Positions 25,385-36,360 of a DNA stretch of 64,000 nucleotides are shown piece by piece (within the stretch, counting starts at the first letter, position 1; each line of letters begins with the position of its first letter). The notes beneath the pieces are model-generated. The model was not told the origin of the DNA, did no database searches, and saw only the letters and a list, made by a program, of their open reading frames with translations. This stretch comes from a bacterium. GTDB taxonomy: Bacteria > Verrucomicrobiota > Verrucomicrobiia > Limisphaerales > RI-55. The DNA lies in assembly GCA_016124235.1 (NCBI GenBank), contig WGOC01000017.1, positions 290,967 to 354,966 on the forward strand. Direction: 5' to 3'. A program made the position numbers and the translations under genes.

Positions 25385-28165
25385 TTATTGAAGCTTCGCC
25401 TTGTAGGCATCGATTCGGGCTTCGAGTTTCGACAGCTTGTCGCGCCAGACGGCGGCTTTCTCCGGTTCCTTCTTCAATTCATAAAGCCGTACCAGCCGCG
25501 CCAAGTTCTGCGGAATCGGAACCAGGGAGGCCGCTCGCAAGCCTCCGCCCCAGGCAACATCCTGCTTTTCGTGAATCTGCGCGCAATGGAGGAGCAGTTC
25601 CTCCGCTTCGTTCAACTCACTCGTCCCCGGGTTCGGTTTCTCGATCAAACAACCGCCGAGGAGGGACAAGGCCCAGGCGTAATTCGCCTGGTCAAAGCCG
25701 GTGAGCGCCTGCGGGCTGCTCAGCGCTTCGTAGGTTTTAACCGCTTTGCGCAGCGTCCGCTCCGCCGTGACCAGGTCGCCGGTTTGCTGCGACCACAGGC
25801 CTTCCCACATCAGGGCACGGGCGGTGTTGACGCTGTTGGGTCCGGAGGCGCTCCGGCAGATTTCGACGAGTTGCCTCACTAAAGGTGCGGCTCCCTTTGG
25901 GTCCTGGAGGCAGGCCAAATAGGTCGCAACCAGGGTATCCATCAGCAATACGGTCGAGGAATGTGCCTCGCCGAAGACGGCCTTGTAACGTGGCAACAGC
26001 CCCTCAAGGGCCGCGGCGCCTTCTTGATACCGGAACTGAAAAATCAACAGGACCGCGCTCCATCGTTCGGCCTCGAGGGTATTGGGGTGGTCCGGCCCAA
26101 GCTTGTCGTTGAACACCTGAATGGCGTGCTTCAGGAGCGGCCCGGCTTCGCCGACGCGAAGATTACGGGAGTAATCCTCCCCCAGTGCCTTGTCCACTTC
26201 AGCCATCACCACGTCGTCCGCGCCGATCAAGGGGGAGTGCCTGGCTGTTTGGCGGAGCTCCTCCAACTGCCGATGCATTTCCTTCAAATTTCCAAAATAG
26301 AATTGGAGGAATGCCAGCCCGAGGCGGGCTCGGATGCTGTCGGGATGTCCTTCTCCCTGCACCCGCGTGCGAAACGCCGCGGCGCTTTGCAGGAGACGGC
26401 TGGCCTCGACCAAGTCACGATCGGTCCGGCGCAGTTCCACCAACGCTGCCGCCAGCGCCTCCTGGGTGACGGGAATCTCGAGATCTGTGTTCGGCAAGCC
26501 GCTCTCCAAAACCGGCAACGCCTCGCTTAATTGCTTCACGGCCTTGTTGTGGAGCCCGATCCCCCCGTAAACACGCCCCGCCATGCTGCGGATGCGCGCT
26601 TCGACCAGCGGAGACTTGTGGGCCTTCCGATCCAGTTCCTGACACGCGCGGTCCAAAACAGTTTGTATGGTCAAACCGCCAGGAGAGTTTTTTCCGGGAT
26701 TGAATTGAGAGAGAACGTCCCCCCACAGGAAATCGTAGACGGCCTGGGAGTCGGCTTCTGCAGTCACCGCCCGCTCGCGCGCTGTCTCGGCATCCTTCTG
26801 TTTTTCCTGAGCCAGAATTCTCTGCTTTAGCTCGGCGCGCCGAGCCGCTTCCGCAAGCTGGCTTGCCCGGGTGGCGCGAACGGCTTGAAACGTGGCAAAA
26901 CTAGCTGCCAGAACCAGCAATGCCGCAATCACTGCCGCGACGCGCATATACTTGCGATTCCTGCGGTAGAACTTGTGGAACTGGTAGCTGAACGTTGGCG
27001 CGGCTGCGGATACGGGTTCGTTGTCCAAATGTCGGCGGATGTCCGACACCAGTCCATTGACCGTTTCGTAGCGATGCGTCCGGTCCTTCTCCAACGCCTT
27101 CATCACGATCCAATCCAGATCCCCCTGAAACTGCTTGCGCAGGGCCACGACTTCCACGCTTCGCTTGTCGGCGGTAACCGTGAGTTCCTCACCCTGCATG
27201 GTGCTCATGCGCGTGCTCGGCTTCGGTGGTTCCTTCTCCGCGATCACCCGCTGCATCTCGCCGTAGCCCATGCTCAACAACTCTTTGCTTGGAAACGGCG
27301 TCGTGCCGGTGAGAAGTTCGTAAAGCAAAACCCCCAGCGAATAAACGTCCGTCCGCGTGTCCACGTCCAGTTTGCTCATCTCCGCCTGTTCGGGACTCAT
27401 GTACGCCGGTGTCCCGATCATCTGGGCGTAGTTGGTAAAGAGCGTCTTCTCGGTGAGCTTCTGGTTCGTCGCCTTGGCTATACCGAAGTCGATCACCATC
27501 GGGTGCGGCTCGCCGTCATTGAGCGTCACCATCACGTTGCTCGGCTTGATGTCCCGATGGATCACCCCCTTCTGGTGCGCGTGCTGGATGGCCTGACAGA
27601 CCGGGATGAAAAGGTTGAGCCGTTCCTGCGTGGAGAGCTTGTTCTTGTCGCAGTACTCGGTGATCGGAACGCCGCGCACCAGTTCCATGACGAAGTAGGG
27701 ACGGCCGGTGTCGGTGGCTCCGGCGTCCAGCACCTTGGCGATGTTAGGATGGTCCATCATCGCCAGTGCCTGGCGCTCGGCCTCGAACCGGGCGACGACC
27801 TGTTTGGTGTCCATGCCAAGCTTAATGATCTTGAGAGCGACTTTGCGAACAACGGGCTCAGTCTGCTCGGCCATGTACACCACACCCATCCCCCCTTCAC
27901 CGACTTTCTGCAAAAGCTTGTAGCGGCCGATCATCGTGCCGGGTTGTTCCAGTACCGGCGTAGCCGCCAGGGTGGATGCGCTCACGGTGTCACCTTGATC
28001 GAACAAGCTGTCCGGGTTCTTCATCGCATCCAGAAGTGATTCCACTTCCTTTCGTAATTCGGCATCGGGGCAGGCTCGTTCGAGATAATCGTGCCGCTGA
28101 GCATCCGTTTCCAAAGCGGCGGCGGTTTCAAAGATGGCTTCCAGTTTTTCGCGTCGATTTTTCAT
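25385..28165 (-). CDS. Ser/Thr protein kinase with TPR-like C-terminal region (cassette 2)
   Basis: Kinase motifs: [34 protein letters not shown] and [10 protein letters not shown]. It is a paralog of 20616..23480. Confidence 0.9.
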   Translation of the reverse strand: MKNRREKLEAIFETAAALETDAQRHDYLERACPDAELRKEVESLLDAMKNPDSLFDQGDTVSASTLAATPVLEQPGTMIGRYKLLQKVGEGGMGVVYMAEQTEPVVRKVALKIIKLGMDTKQVVARFEAERQALAMMDHPNIAKVLDAGATDTGRPYFVMELVRGVPITEYCDKNKLSTQERLNLFIPVCQAIQHAHQKGVIHRDIKPSNVMVTLNDGEPHPMVIDFGIAKATNQKLTEKTLFTNYAQMIGTPAYMSPEQAEMSKLDVDTRTDVYSLGVLLYELLTGTTPFPSKELLSMGYGEMQRVIAEKEPPKPSTRMSTMQGEELTVTADKRSVEVVALRKQFQGDLDWIVMKALEKDRTHRYETVNGLVSDIRRHLDNEPVSAAAPTFSYQFHKFYRRNRKYMRVAAVIAALLVLAASFATFQAVRATRASQLAEAARRAELKQRILAQEKQKDAETARERAVTAEADSQAVYDFLWGDVLSQFNPGKNSPGGLTIQTVLDRACQELDRKAHKSPLVEARIRSMAGRVYGGIGLHNKAVKQLSEALPVLESGLPNTDLEIPVTQEALAAALVELRRTDRDLVEASRLLQSAAAFRTRVQGEGHPDSIRARLGLAFLQFYFGNLKEMHRQLEELRQTARHSPLIGADDVVMAEVDKALGEDYSRNLRVGEAGPLLKHAIQVFNDKLGPDHPNTLEAERWSAVLLIFQFRYQEGAAALEGLLPRYKAVFGEAHSSTVLLMDTLVATYLACLQDPKGAAPLVRQLVEICRSASGPNSVNTARALMWEGLWSQQTGDLVTAERTLRKAVKTYEALSSPQALTGFDQANYAWALSLLGGCLIEKPNPGTSELNEAEELLLHCAQIHEKQDVAWGGGLRAASLVPIPQNLARLVRLYELKKEPEKAAVWRDKLSKLEARIDAYKAKLQ

Positions 28166-28273
28166 GGGGTTTCAAGCGTTCAACTGGTCTGGCGACGTTT
28201 CGCCCCGCGATCGGACAGGAATTCTGAAAAAAATTACTTCACCGATCCGCACCGATAAATCGGTTGTCTTTGT

Positions 28274-28852
28274 TCAGGCAGTGCCACGGGGCTCGTCGTC
28301 CCGCTGTATTTCCCGGCTGAGCCACGCCTTCGCGAAGTTCCAATGCCGTTGAACCGTTTTGTCCGAGCATCCCATGATCGCCGCAATCTCCGCCACGCCC
28401 AGCCCCGCGAACACCCGCAACTTTACGATTTCAGCCTTCTCGGGATCGTCATTTGCGAGCCGTTCCAGATAGTCGTTGACGCGAAGACACTTCTCGTCGT
28501 TTTGAGCGATGGGCAGGTCCATCGCGTCGAGTGGCACGCGCTCCATCCCGCCGCCATGACGGATCCTTTGCTTGCGCCGGGCGTTGTCGACGAGGATGCG
28601 GCGCATTGCTTCGGCGGCGGCGCTGAAAAAGTGTTCGCGCCCCCGCCACTGTTGTCGGTCCGAACCGGCCACGCGGAGCCAGGCATCGTGGACCAGGGCG
28701 GTTGCTTGAAGTGTCTGACCAGGCTTTTCGTTCGCCATCTTGTGGGCCGCGACTCGGCGGAGTTCCTCGTAAACCAGCGGCAATAATTTCTCCGCAGCAT
28801 TCGAATCGCCGGAATCAATCGCGCTGAGCAGCTGGGTGACGTCGCCGGGCAT
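28274..28852 (-). CDS. ECF-subfamily sigma-70 factor, cassette 2
   Basis: MPGDVTQLLSAIDSGDSNAAEKLLPLVYEELRRVAAHKMANE is a paralog of 23784..24374. The ATG is at 28852. The track ORF from 28999 adds a spurious leader. Confidence 0.85.
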   Translation of the reverse strand: MPGDVTQLLSAIDSGDSNAAEKLLPLVYEELRRVAAHKMANEKPGQTLQATALVHDAWLRVAGSDRQQWRGREHFFSAAAEAMRRILVDNARRKQRIRHGGGMERVPLDAMDLPIAQNDEKCLRVNDYLERLANDDPEKAEIVKLRVFAGLGVAEIAAIMGCSDKTVQRHWNFAKAWLSREIQRDDEPRGTA

Positions 28853-29082
28853 GGACGAACGGTAATCAGCCTTGCCGCATTTACGAGCAACAACTTTCAC
28901 ACGGCCCGGCCCGACTCGGAAAGGAACGGAGTCACGAATGTTTTTCGTTCGTTCACGCACGACTCCGGTTCTCCGGAGCCAATCGAATCGAATAAGCAAA
29001 GGGGTTGGTTGCGTCGCTCAATGCATCTCACACCGTTGACTTTGCAGGCCGCCAAAAGCGCTTTAAAATTACCGCCCACCAA

Positions 29083-31038
29083 ATGGCTTTGAATCAGTTA
29101 AAAACACAAATCCATCGTTCGCATCGGACATGGTTGGCCGCGCTACTGGCCGGCATCTCGCTGGCGTCTGCTCATCTGCACGCCGCCGAAACGTCCAACG
29201 CTCCGATTTCGGAAGGCACCGACACAGAACCGATCGTGTTTTTTGATCTCACGTATTTGTTCAAGCTCGATCTCAATGACGACGCGCAACGCCGCCGGTT
29301 TTGGGACGAGTCCCACTTGGTGACCGCGCTGGAAGGTCTCGTCAATCGCGACCGACCACGGCTGTTCATTCGCTACGTTCGGGAACCCGATGATTTCTGG
29401 TGGCAGCAAATGACTCAGCCGGACGGCTGGCTGGCGAAACGAAAGATCGTGCGCGTTGAAAGCCTGGAGGAATTGCTCAAGCGATTTGAGAACGACTTCC
29501 GTGGCGCCGTCGTCTGGGACGAACGCGTTCCGGCCACGTCCAATCTCGCCTCTACCATTGCCGGTTGTGATAATCTTCTGCCGTTGCGATTCGATCCGCG
29601 TCCCAACTCGCTTTACGAGCGTTTGACCCAAGGAACAAACTCCATTCCGATCAGGGCAAGTTTGCTGGGTGAGCACGGAGAGCCGAAGTTCACCGGCAGC
29701 GGAACCATTCCGGACACTCACCTGTCTTCGTCGGGCAGCTCCAAATGCGATGCCTATCTTTGGTTGATCGAGAAATACGTACGCACCGGTAAAGTGAATC
29801 CACTCTACATGGGCTACTACCTGGAGGCCTTTTGGTTGAAATGCTGGTCGGCCGCCGCTCCCGAAAACGCCACGTTGTGCAATCAGGATTATGTCATCGC
29901 CCATCGAGGTGTGCTGTTCGATCTCGGTGTTTGGGATGACGAAACACCGGTGGACGATCCCAACCAAAAACCCGGAACCGATCCGGATACGTTGAAGAAA
30001 TTGCTCGGTGCCGAATACGATCGCTTCAACGGAAACAGCATGATCCACGTGGCAGGGTTTGTGCCATGGGCTTACAAGTATACGTCCGCGCGCAGCCCCA
30101 GTTGGTTCGCCGGCGGCAAGCACGATGGAGTGCCCACCGAGTGGCATTACGCTGAGATTCTTTCCTGCTTCAATGCCTACATGGATGCCGACGCACTTGG
30201 ACTCGGTGCAATGGCGAACGCGTCCTTCTACCAGCACTATCCGCTGGCCGATCGCTATCCGCAAAATCCCAAGCCGACACGGACAACGCTTAAAAACGAA
30301 GGACTCTTGAATTCGGATGGTCAGGTCCTTCCGCAAAAGTATATTTCGATCTATGTCGGCGACTACGATTCAGCGGCGTGGCTTTACCGGAAATTGCCGG
30401 CGATGTGGAATGATCCGGCGCGCGGCACGATCCCCCTCTCGTGGGCGTTCAATCCCAATTTGAGCGACCGGTTTCCGTTGGGCATGGCCTGGGCGCGTGA
30501 ACATCGGACCGCGAACGACTGGTTCGTCGCCGGAGATTCAGGCGCCGGTTATTTGAATCCGGGTTATCTCACTCCGCCCCGAAAGTATTCCGGATTGCCG
30601 TCCGGATTGGACGCGTGGACAAGTCATTGTGAAGAGTATTTTAAACGATGGGACATCAGCCTCACCGGCTTCATCATCGATGGCTATGCGCCCAAATTGA
30701 ATTCGGACGCACTGGATGCGTACGCCCGTTTTTCACCGGATGGAATCGTCTCCTATCAGAAGACTTATCAGGGTGTTCACAAAGACATGCCGTTCATCCA
30801 GATGTACGCGGACATCGACGGCAGTCCCGCCAAAGCTGCCGGCGACATTCGCAGGCACGTCAAGAGTTCATCGCATCGCTTCTACGTCTTTCGCACGATC
30901 CTCAAAACACCGGGCTGGCATGCTGCCGTTTTCAAAGAACTTGATCAGATGAAAGGTGATCGAATTAAGGTCGTGGATCTCTACACGCTGATGGCACTCA
31001 TCCGTGCGGAGGAAGATCGCCGTTCAACGCGGAATTGA
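29083..31038 (+). CDS. Secreted hypothetical protein, possibly GxGYxYP-like putative glycoside-hydrolase family
   Basis: A signal peptide (MALNQLKTQIHRSHRTWLAALLAGISLASAHLHA) is followed by a GDSGAGYLNPGY motif. The family assignment is tentative. Confidence 0.45.
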   Translation: MALNQLKTQIHRSHRTWLAALLAGISLASAHLHAAETSNAPISEGTDTEPIVFFDLTYLFKLDLNDDAQRRRFWDESHLVTALEGLVNRDRPRLFIRYVREPDDFWWQQMTQPDGWLAKRKIVRVESLEELLKRFENDFRGAVVWDERVPATSNLASTIAGCDNLLPLRFDPRPNSLYERLTQGTNSIPIRASLLGEHGEPKFTGSGTIPDTHLSSSGSSKCDAYLWLIEKYVRTGKVNPLYMGYYLEAFWLKCWSAAAPENATLCNQDYVIAHRGVLFDLGVWDDETPVDDPNQKPGTDPDTLKKLLGAEYDRFNGNSMIHVAGFVPWAYKYTSARSPSWFAGGKHDGVPTEWHYAEILSCFNAYMDADALGLGAMANASFYQHYPLADRYPQNPKPTRTTLKNEGLLNSDGQVLPQKYISIYVGDYDSAAWLYRKLPAMWNDPARGTIPLSWAFNPNLSDRFPLGMAWAREHRTANDWFVAGDSGAGYLNPGYLTPPRKYSGLPSGLDAWTSHCEEYFKRWDISLTGFIIDGYAPKLNSDALDAYARFSPDGIVSYQKTYQGVHKDMPFIQMYADIDGSPAKAAGDIRRHVKSSSHRFYVFRTILKTPGWHAAVFKELDQMKGDRIKVVDLYTLMALIRAEEDRRSTRN

Positions 31039-31096
31039 GTTGGCAAAAGAAAGACCCCGCCGGACCTGGGCCCGACGGGGTGATCCACGATTTGAA

Positions 31097-32905
31097 TCAA
31101 TTCTGTTTCGCGTGCGCGTCGCCATTGCTTTTATCGCGCAGCATCACGCCGAGCAACCCATCCACCAGGCTGCTGTTTCCAGCGGCGCCATTGACGGCGA
31201 CATCCGGCACGATGCGAACGTTGCGTTCGCCGACAATCTGCATGAGTTGCATCATCGTGTAACCCTGGGCACCGAGCGAGTCGACACCCGCGCGATAGGC
31301 TTCCGCCTTCGCCTGGCCGGTGGCGCGGATCGCTTCCGATTCGCCGAGCGCGCGTAGACGTAGCGCTTCGGATTCACCGGTCGCCTGCTTGATGTGAGCG
31401 TTGGCCTGGAGTTCAGCGATGTTCACGCCCTGCTCCGCGCCGACCACCTGCTGCTGGATGTCCGCCAGCGAGGTTTGCCGCACGAGTTGCTGTCGTTGTT
31501 CCTGCGCGGCGCGTTGCACCTCGTAGGTCTTGCGTTGTTCCTCGGCGATCTTGCGATCGGTCTGCGTTTCCATGAGGGACGCTGGCGGATTGATGTCGCC
31601 GATCAACGTGTCGATCGCCTGCACGTCGTAGGCTTGGAGCGCGGCTCGAATGTGTTCGGCCGCTTCGTGCTGGCGTTCGCTGCGGGCGCTCAGGAAGTCG
31701 AGCACCGTGTAGTTTTGCGCCGAGTTGCGGAAGTAGTTTCCGACAATCGGTTGCAGCACGTGGTCGATCAGGTTTTGCATCGACCCGATACGGCTGATCA
31801 CTTTCGGCGCATCGAGCGCGCCGACGTGAATGATCTGCGCCACGTCGAGACTGAACGCAAAACCGTCCTTCGAACGCACCGTGATCGACGACAGTTTCTC
31901 GTCGAAATGATGCGCCTCGGTCCGCGTCGCCCAGTTGAGGACGATGTTCGTCGTGGGCACGAGTTCGACCTTCATCACGCGCGTATTGAGCGGATGTTTG
32001 CCGGGATACAACGGCGTCACCCACACACCCTTGTGGCCGGCATTTACGAGGTCGCCGTGTTTGAATTCCGCGCCGCTGACGTCTTCGTGCGCCATGCCGA
32101 CGAAGGAAATGACAACGCCGATGTAACCGATCGGAATTTCCACCATGCGCACCTGTTCCACCTGCGCGAACCAGGGGTTGAGATTCCACGTGCCGGACAA
32201 CAGGATTTGCTCCTGCAAACCGCGCCGGCCGCCACCGTCCAGAAACGCCTGAGCATTCTGAAAGTTGTCGTGAGCGGGAATAATCGCACCGGCAATTTCG
32301 CCCGCGTCAATCGGTCGACCGTCCAATATGGTGACGATGCCCACCTTGTCCGGTTCGACGTGTTGCAGGTAGAGCTGGTGCGCTTCCATGCCGTGCAGCT
32401 CCGCGCTGTCGCTGGTGATCACGTCAAACAACGCGCTGTTGATACGATAGGTACCGGCCGTGAGAATGCCGAGTTGACGGCCTTTCTCACCGCCGTTGAG
32501 CAGGAACTTGCGCGCGTCCTGGTAGTTGTCGCAGTCGACGACTTTGCCGAGGATGCGTTCACTCGGGATCGGTTCGCCCGCAGCCGCGACCACCAACGCG
32601 ATTTCACCTTGCGGTACGACCGTCACCGGCATCTTGAAAATGCGGTATTGCCAGCGCCAGTAACCAAAATGCAGACCCGGCGCGAGCGTGTCCGCCTGAT
32701 AACCGGCCTCGCCTTCCAACGCGATCAACTGGCCGGGCGGCAACGAACGACGGCCAAACTTCTTCACCACGACACCAATCTGGCGTTCCCGAATGAACAC
32801 CGCACCCAAAAGAATCGGAATGAGGACGAACAAAGCCAGAACCACCAAAACAAAAATGGTTGAGGCCAGGGTCGCCAAGTTTTCCAACGATACCAACGCA
32901 GTCAT
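31097..32905 (-). CDS. SPFH/band-7 (flotillin-like) membrane protein
   Basis: An N-terminal transmembrane helix is followed by an SPFH core and a C-terminal Ala/Gln/Glu-rich coiled coil (EAQ-like repeats). Confidence 0.75.
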   Translation of the reverse strand: MTALVSLENLATLASTIFVLVVLALFVLIPILLGAVFIRERQIGVVVKKFGRRSLPPGQLIALEGEAGYQADTLAPGLHFGYWRWQYRIFKMPVTVVPQGEIALVVAAAGEPIPSERILGKVVDCDNYQDARKFLLNGGEKGRQLGILTAGTYRINSALFDVITSDSAELHGMEAHQLYLQHVEPDKVGIVTILDGRPIDAGEIAGAIIPAHDNFQNAQAFLDGGGRRGLQEQILLSGTWNLNPWFAQVEQVRMVEIPIGYIGVVISFVGMAHEDVSGAEFKHGDLVNAGHKGVWVTPLYPGKHPLNTRVMKVELVPTTNIVLNWATRTEAHHFDEKLSSITVRSKDGFAFSLDVAQIIHVGALDAPKVISRIGSMQNLIDHVLQPIVGNYFRNSAQNYTVLDFLSARSERQHEAAEHIRAALQAYDVQAIDTLIGDINPPASLMETQTDRKIAEEQRKTYEVQRAAQEQRQQLVRQTSLADIQQQVVGAEQGVNIAELQANAHIKQATGESEALRLRALGESEAIRATGQAKAEAYRAGVDSLGAQGYTMMQLMQIVGERNVRIVPDVAVNGAAGNSSLVDGLLGVMLRDKSNGDAHAKQN

Positions 32906-33317
32906 GTTTATCTCCGATATGGCGACACATCGCGACGGTTTATCGCCGCGCGATGAGACGCACGCTTTGTGATTGGGGAGAACGTGGGTGCACCGCCCAA
33001 GCGGAGCCCTAGAGGATCGCCCTTCCAGATGCCGACGAGGTTAGCTGACGGGCTCGATCCTGAAAGTGACCGCGACGAACACCTGTTCCGTCGTTCGCCC
33101 CGCCCCGGTTTCCCGGAGAGTGGGTCCCCCGCGCCGGCTCGCAGGAAGGCGAACCGGCTTAGGCTGCTTACTAACGCGGAGAATTTAGATCACATCTGTA
33201 AGGAAAGTCAAAATGGGCCAGTGTAAGTGGTTCAACTGGAGCGGAATAAATCTCTGTTGATCCTCCTATGAATTCGCTTCCCGCGGCTGCGCGAACCGGC
33301 GCCACGTTGGAGCAAGA

Positions 33318-34451
33318 TCACTTCTTGGCTTTCTCCAAATCAAGACCACGCAAGGAAGGATCCCCGTTCACCGGATTGACGCGCGCCACTTCGTCATTTT
33401 CGAAATGAACCGAGTAGTCTGAAAACTGACGATTCGGTTCGCGATAATCCGTGCTGATGAATTGCGCGCCGCTCGTCATCGCTTTCTCGCGTTGCGTTGG
33501 ATCGTTGTTCCGCGATTGTTCCGTGTCGGAATCCGCGCGTGTCCGAACCAGAAACCCGGCGCGCACGAGTTTCTGAATTCGATCAAAATTGGCAATCGGA
33601 TCGTTGATCTTCATCCAGGCAGCGGCCGGGTTTGTTTCGGGCACGCTGACAAACAACAACCGGTGTTGAAGCGCGGGATGCCCTTTCAAATAGAGATCAC
33701 GAACGGGGCCTTCGTTATCCAGACCAAACATAATCCGACCGCGAACAGCATCGAGATTCGGCCAGCCAAACTTTTTCAAGCCGGCGGGCAGCGACGGTTC
33801 CCCACGTCGAACGTCGTCCGGCGCGAGGATCTTTTCCCGGGGAATGACCGATCTGATTTCCGCTTCCAGCTCCGCGAGTCCGCCTTCGTCAAAAGGCACC
33901 GGCTGAGTTAGTTCGGGACTCTCTGCGCTGTTTTTGAGTTCCAGCAGAACGAAGATGGGAACGTGTTTGGGATGTTGATCGGACCAAGCCAGAATTTCCT
34001 TCAACCCGTCAACGAGCGTGGGCACGGACGATTGATAATCGATGTCCGGAACGTGCAGCACCTTGATGCCGGGACTGAGGAGTTCGCCCGAGGGATCTTG
34101 ATCGGGCACGGCGGGAAGGCCGGCCTGGCTCGCCCATTCGATTCCCTTGGGATGCGCATACAAGCCACCTCGTGGATCGGCCAGGCAATCCAATTCAATC
34201 TGCCGAATGCCGAGACGTTCGAACTGATCGGTCAATGGCGGATGCGAGTAGTCCAACGCCTTGGCCGCCTCCGGATTGCGACGCGCCAGCAAGGTGTGGA
34301 GGGATTCGTGCGCGCGCTGATGATACGAATTGTGCGACCCGATCACCTGAATCTGGTTGAGCCGGACGTCCGACCTCGGAGAAACGGTTGTGCAACCGGT
34401 CACAAAAAGAGCGATCATCGGAAGGCTCGAGCAGAGAATCGGAATGCGCAT
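33318..34451 (-). CDS. Lipoprotein with PI-PLC-X-like phosphodiesterase domain (phosphatidylinositol-specific phospholipase C-like)
   Basis: Lipobox MRIPILCSSLPMIALFVTGC. IGSHNSYH is the catalytic His motif of PLC-like phosphodiesterases. Confidence 0.65.
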   Translation of the reverse strand: MRIPILCSSLPMIALFVTGCTTVSPRSDVRLNQIQVIGSHNSYHQRAHESLHTLLARRNPEAAKALDYSHPPLTDQFERLGIRQIELDCLADPRGGLYAHPKGIEWASQAGLPAVPDQDPSGELLSPGIKVLHVPDIDYQSSVPTLVDGLKEILAWSDQHPKHVPIFVLLELKNSAESPELTQPVPFDEGGLAELEAEIRSVIPREKILAPDDVRRGEPSLPAGLKKFGWPNLDAVRGRIMFGLDNEGPVRDLYLKGHPALQHRLLFVSVPETNPAAAWMKINDPIANFDRIQKLVRAGFLVRTRADSDTEQSRNNDPTQREKAMTSGAQFISTDYREPNRQFSDYSVHFENDEVARVNPVNGDPSLRGLDLEKAKK

Positions 34452-34602
34452 GCCGAAAGCTTTGGCCGTGGCGCAATCCACGCAAGCGGAAAGCCAATAC
34501 CAACCGCGCAGAAAATTGATCCACGTAATGGCTGCAAACTCCAATCGCGCGCCGGTGTTGTAATTGCATCGGGTGGCCAAAATCTGATTTGATGGGACAG
34601 TC

Positions 34603-35601
34603 ATGGAAACGGATGAATCGCAGAACCTGCCAATTTCCGACCCGGGAAATGATCTGCCCGAAGGCTGGGAGCAGCCGACGTGCGCGGTTCACGTGGGCGT
34701 CAAACCAGCCTGGCGCTGCAACAGTTGTGGCCAATTACTCTGTCCCGAATGCGTCAAGCGCCGCCTCGTGCAGATGAATGAAATGCATTTCTGCACGCTT
34801 TGCGGAGGCGATTGTGAATCCCTCGTGCGTCCGAAGAAGCGCAGCGCCCGCCGGTCAGTCCGACCCAAGTTTGGACCGCAACTGGCCGACGCATTTGCCT
34901 ATCCGCTCAAAAACAACGGTTGGGGCATCATTCTCGGCGGCGCCCTTGTGTTTTGGCTTTTCGACCTCCTTTCCCATTTCGCGCTCGGCACCGTGGCGGT
35001 GCTGGCCATGGGCTTTTTGAAACTGTTGTTGGCCGTCTTCGGGACCGGATATCTCGCCGCCTATATGTTCCGGGTGATTCAAACCTCGGCCCGCGGCGAT
35101 GAACAATTGCCAGATTGGCCGGACCTTGGAGATATCACGAACGATCTGCTCATGCCGCTCTTCCGTTTGTTCGGCACCTTGCTGGTTTGTTTTGGACCCG
35201 CCATGATAATTGATCGCTGGCTGGGCGCCGATGGACGCGGTTGGATTTATTGGACGGTTTATACCATTGGGTTGCTGTACGCGCCGATGGCCTTGATCGG
35301 CGTCGCTCAATTCGAGTCGGTCGCTGCGGTTAATCCATTGTTGGTGATCCCGTCGATTCTGAAAACATTTGGACATTATCTCATTGCGTGCGTGGTGTTG
35401 GTGGTGGCCGTCATCATCGGATCAGCGGGGCCGAATCTCGTCGGCGCAATCATTCCCTGGTTTGGCGGCCTGCTAAGCTGGTGCGTGTCGTTCTATTTCT
35501 TGTTCGTTCAAATGCGCATTCTCGGCGTGCTTTATCTCTGCCACGAAGACGAACTGAACTGGTTTCCCGGAATCAATCGACTGCGTCGCGTAAAATCTTG
35601 A
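34603..35601 (+). CDS. Membrane protein with N-terminal B-box-like zinc-finger and C-terminal multi-TM domain
   Basis: CAVHVGVKPAWRCNSCGQLLCPECVKRR...HFCTLCGGDC is followed by six or more hydrophobic helices. Confidence 0.5.
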   Translation: METDESQNLPISDPGNDLPEGWEQPTCAVHVGVKPAWRCNSCGQLLCPECVKRRLVQMNEMHFCTLCGGDCESLVRPKKRSARRSVRPKFGPQLADAFAYPLKNNGWGIILGGALVFWLFDLLSHFALGTVAVLAMGFLKLLLAVFGTGYLAAYMFRVIQTSARGDEQLPDWPDLGDITNDLLMPLFRLFGTLLVCFGPAMIIDRWLGADGRGWIYWTVYTIGLLYAPMALIGVAQFESVAAVNPLLVIPSILKTFGHYLIACVVLVVAVIIGSAGPNLVGAIIPWFGGLLSWCVSFYFLFVQMRILGVLYLCHEDELNWFPGINRLRRVKS

Positions 35602-35691
35602 AACAAAATCCGCGCTCGGGAGTCTTACAATCAGCACCCCGTTGTTTGCTGGCAGATCAGCTGTAGCTCAACCCGGCGTGGTGCATCCAAA

Positions 35692-36222
35692 ATGAAATCA
35701 TTGCTGCCTGAACCGCCGGAGGGCCTGACGTATGAGGACGTCAGCTTGTTCTACGTCGGCGTGATGCCGGGTGATGAAAATCGCGGAATCGTCCCCTATT
35801 ATCATCATCGCATCCTCGTGGACTCGGCGGACGTTGGTCACATCAATTTCAAAGTGGGCGACACGGATCACGTCCGGCTCTACGCCGGCCACGTGGGATT
35901 CTCGGTCAAGCCGGTTTACCGCGGTCACGGTTACGCCGGCAAAGCGTGTCGCGCGCTGACCCCGCTGCTCGCCCGGCACTACGACGACGTGATCCTAACT
36001 GCCGACCCGGAAAACCTGGCGTCCCGGCGGACAATCGAAGGTCTCGGAGCCTGTTTTGAAAATGAGGTGCCCGTTCCGCTCGATGATCCGCAGGCAGCCA
36101 GCGGTTCGCGGTTCAAACGACGCTATCGGTGGAACTTGAGCAAGGTGCCCAGATTCGCCAGCGCGACCTTCGGTGCCGCAAACGTACCGGAATCGCCCCA
36201 GGCCAACGTTAGTTTGGCGTGA
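35692..36222 (+). CDS. GNAT-family N-acetyltransferase
   Basis: Acetyl-CoA-binding-like segment VRLYAGHVGFSVKPVYRGHGYAGKACRAL. Confidence 0.5.
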   Translation: MKSLLPEPPEGLTYEDVSLFYVGVMPGDENRGIVPYYHHRILVDSADVGHINFKVGDTDHVRLYAGHVGFSVKPVYRGHGYAGKACRALTPLLARHYDDVILTADPENLASRRTIEGLGACFENEVPVPLDDPQAASGSRFKRRYRWNLSKVPRFASATFGAANVPESPQANVSLA

Positions 36223-36360
36223 TCATTTGCCATCGCCGACTCGTCAATCGAGGCATTAAATCAATCTGCACCCCAGGCTGACGACTAACCGCGTAAGTCG
36301 GCATTTTCCAAACCACCACACTTCGTTGACCTCGCAGCCACGGCCAATCACACTGCTTCC

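Noticed and set aside
26885-28039. 384-aa plus-strand ORF
   Set aside because: It is antisense to kinase 2. It has no motifs and shows His/Arg-rich noise.
31394-32863. 489-aa plus-strand ORF
   Set aside because: It is antisense to the flotillin gene. Its composition is R/H/D-rich.
33213-33260. 15-codon ORF MGQCKWFNWSGINLC with an upstream AGGAAAG
   Set aside because: It is too short to support. It lies on the strand opposite both neighbouring genes and is probably a chance occurrence. A GC-rich GGAA-capped hairpin nearby (around 33150-33190) did not match SRP or RNase P consensus.
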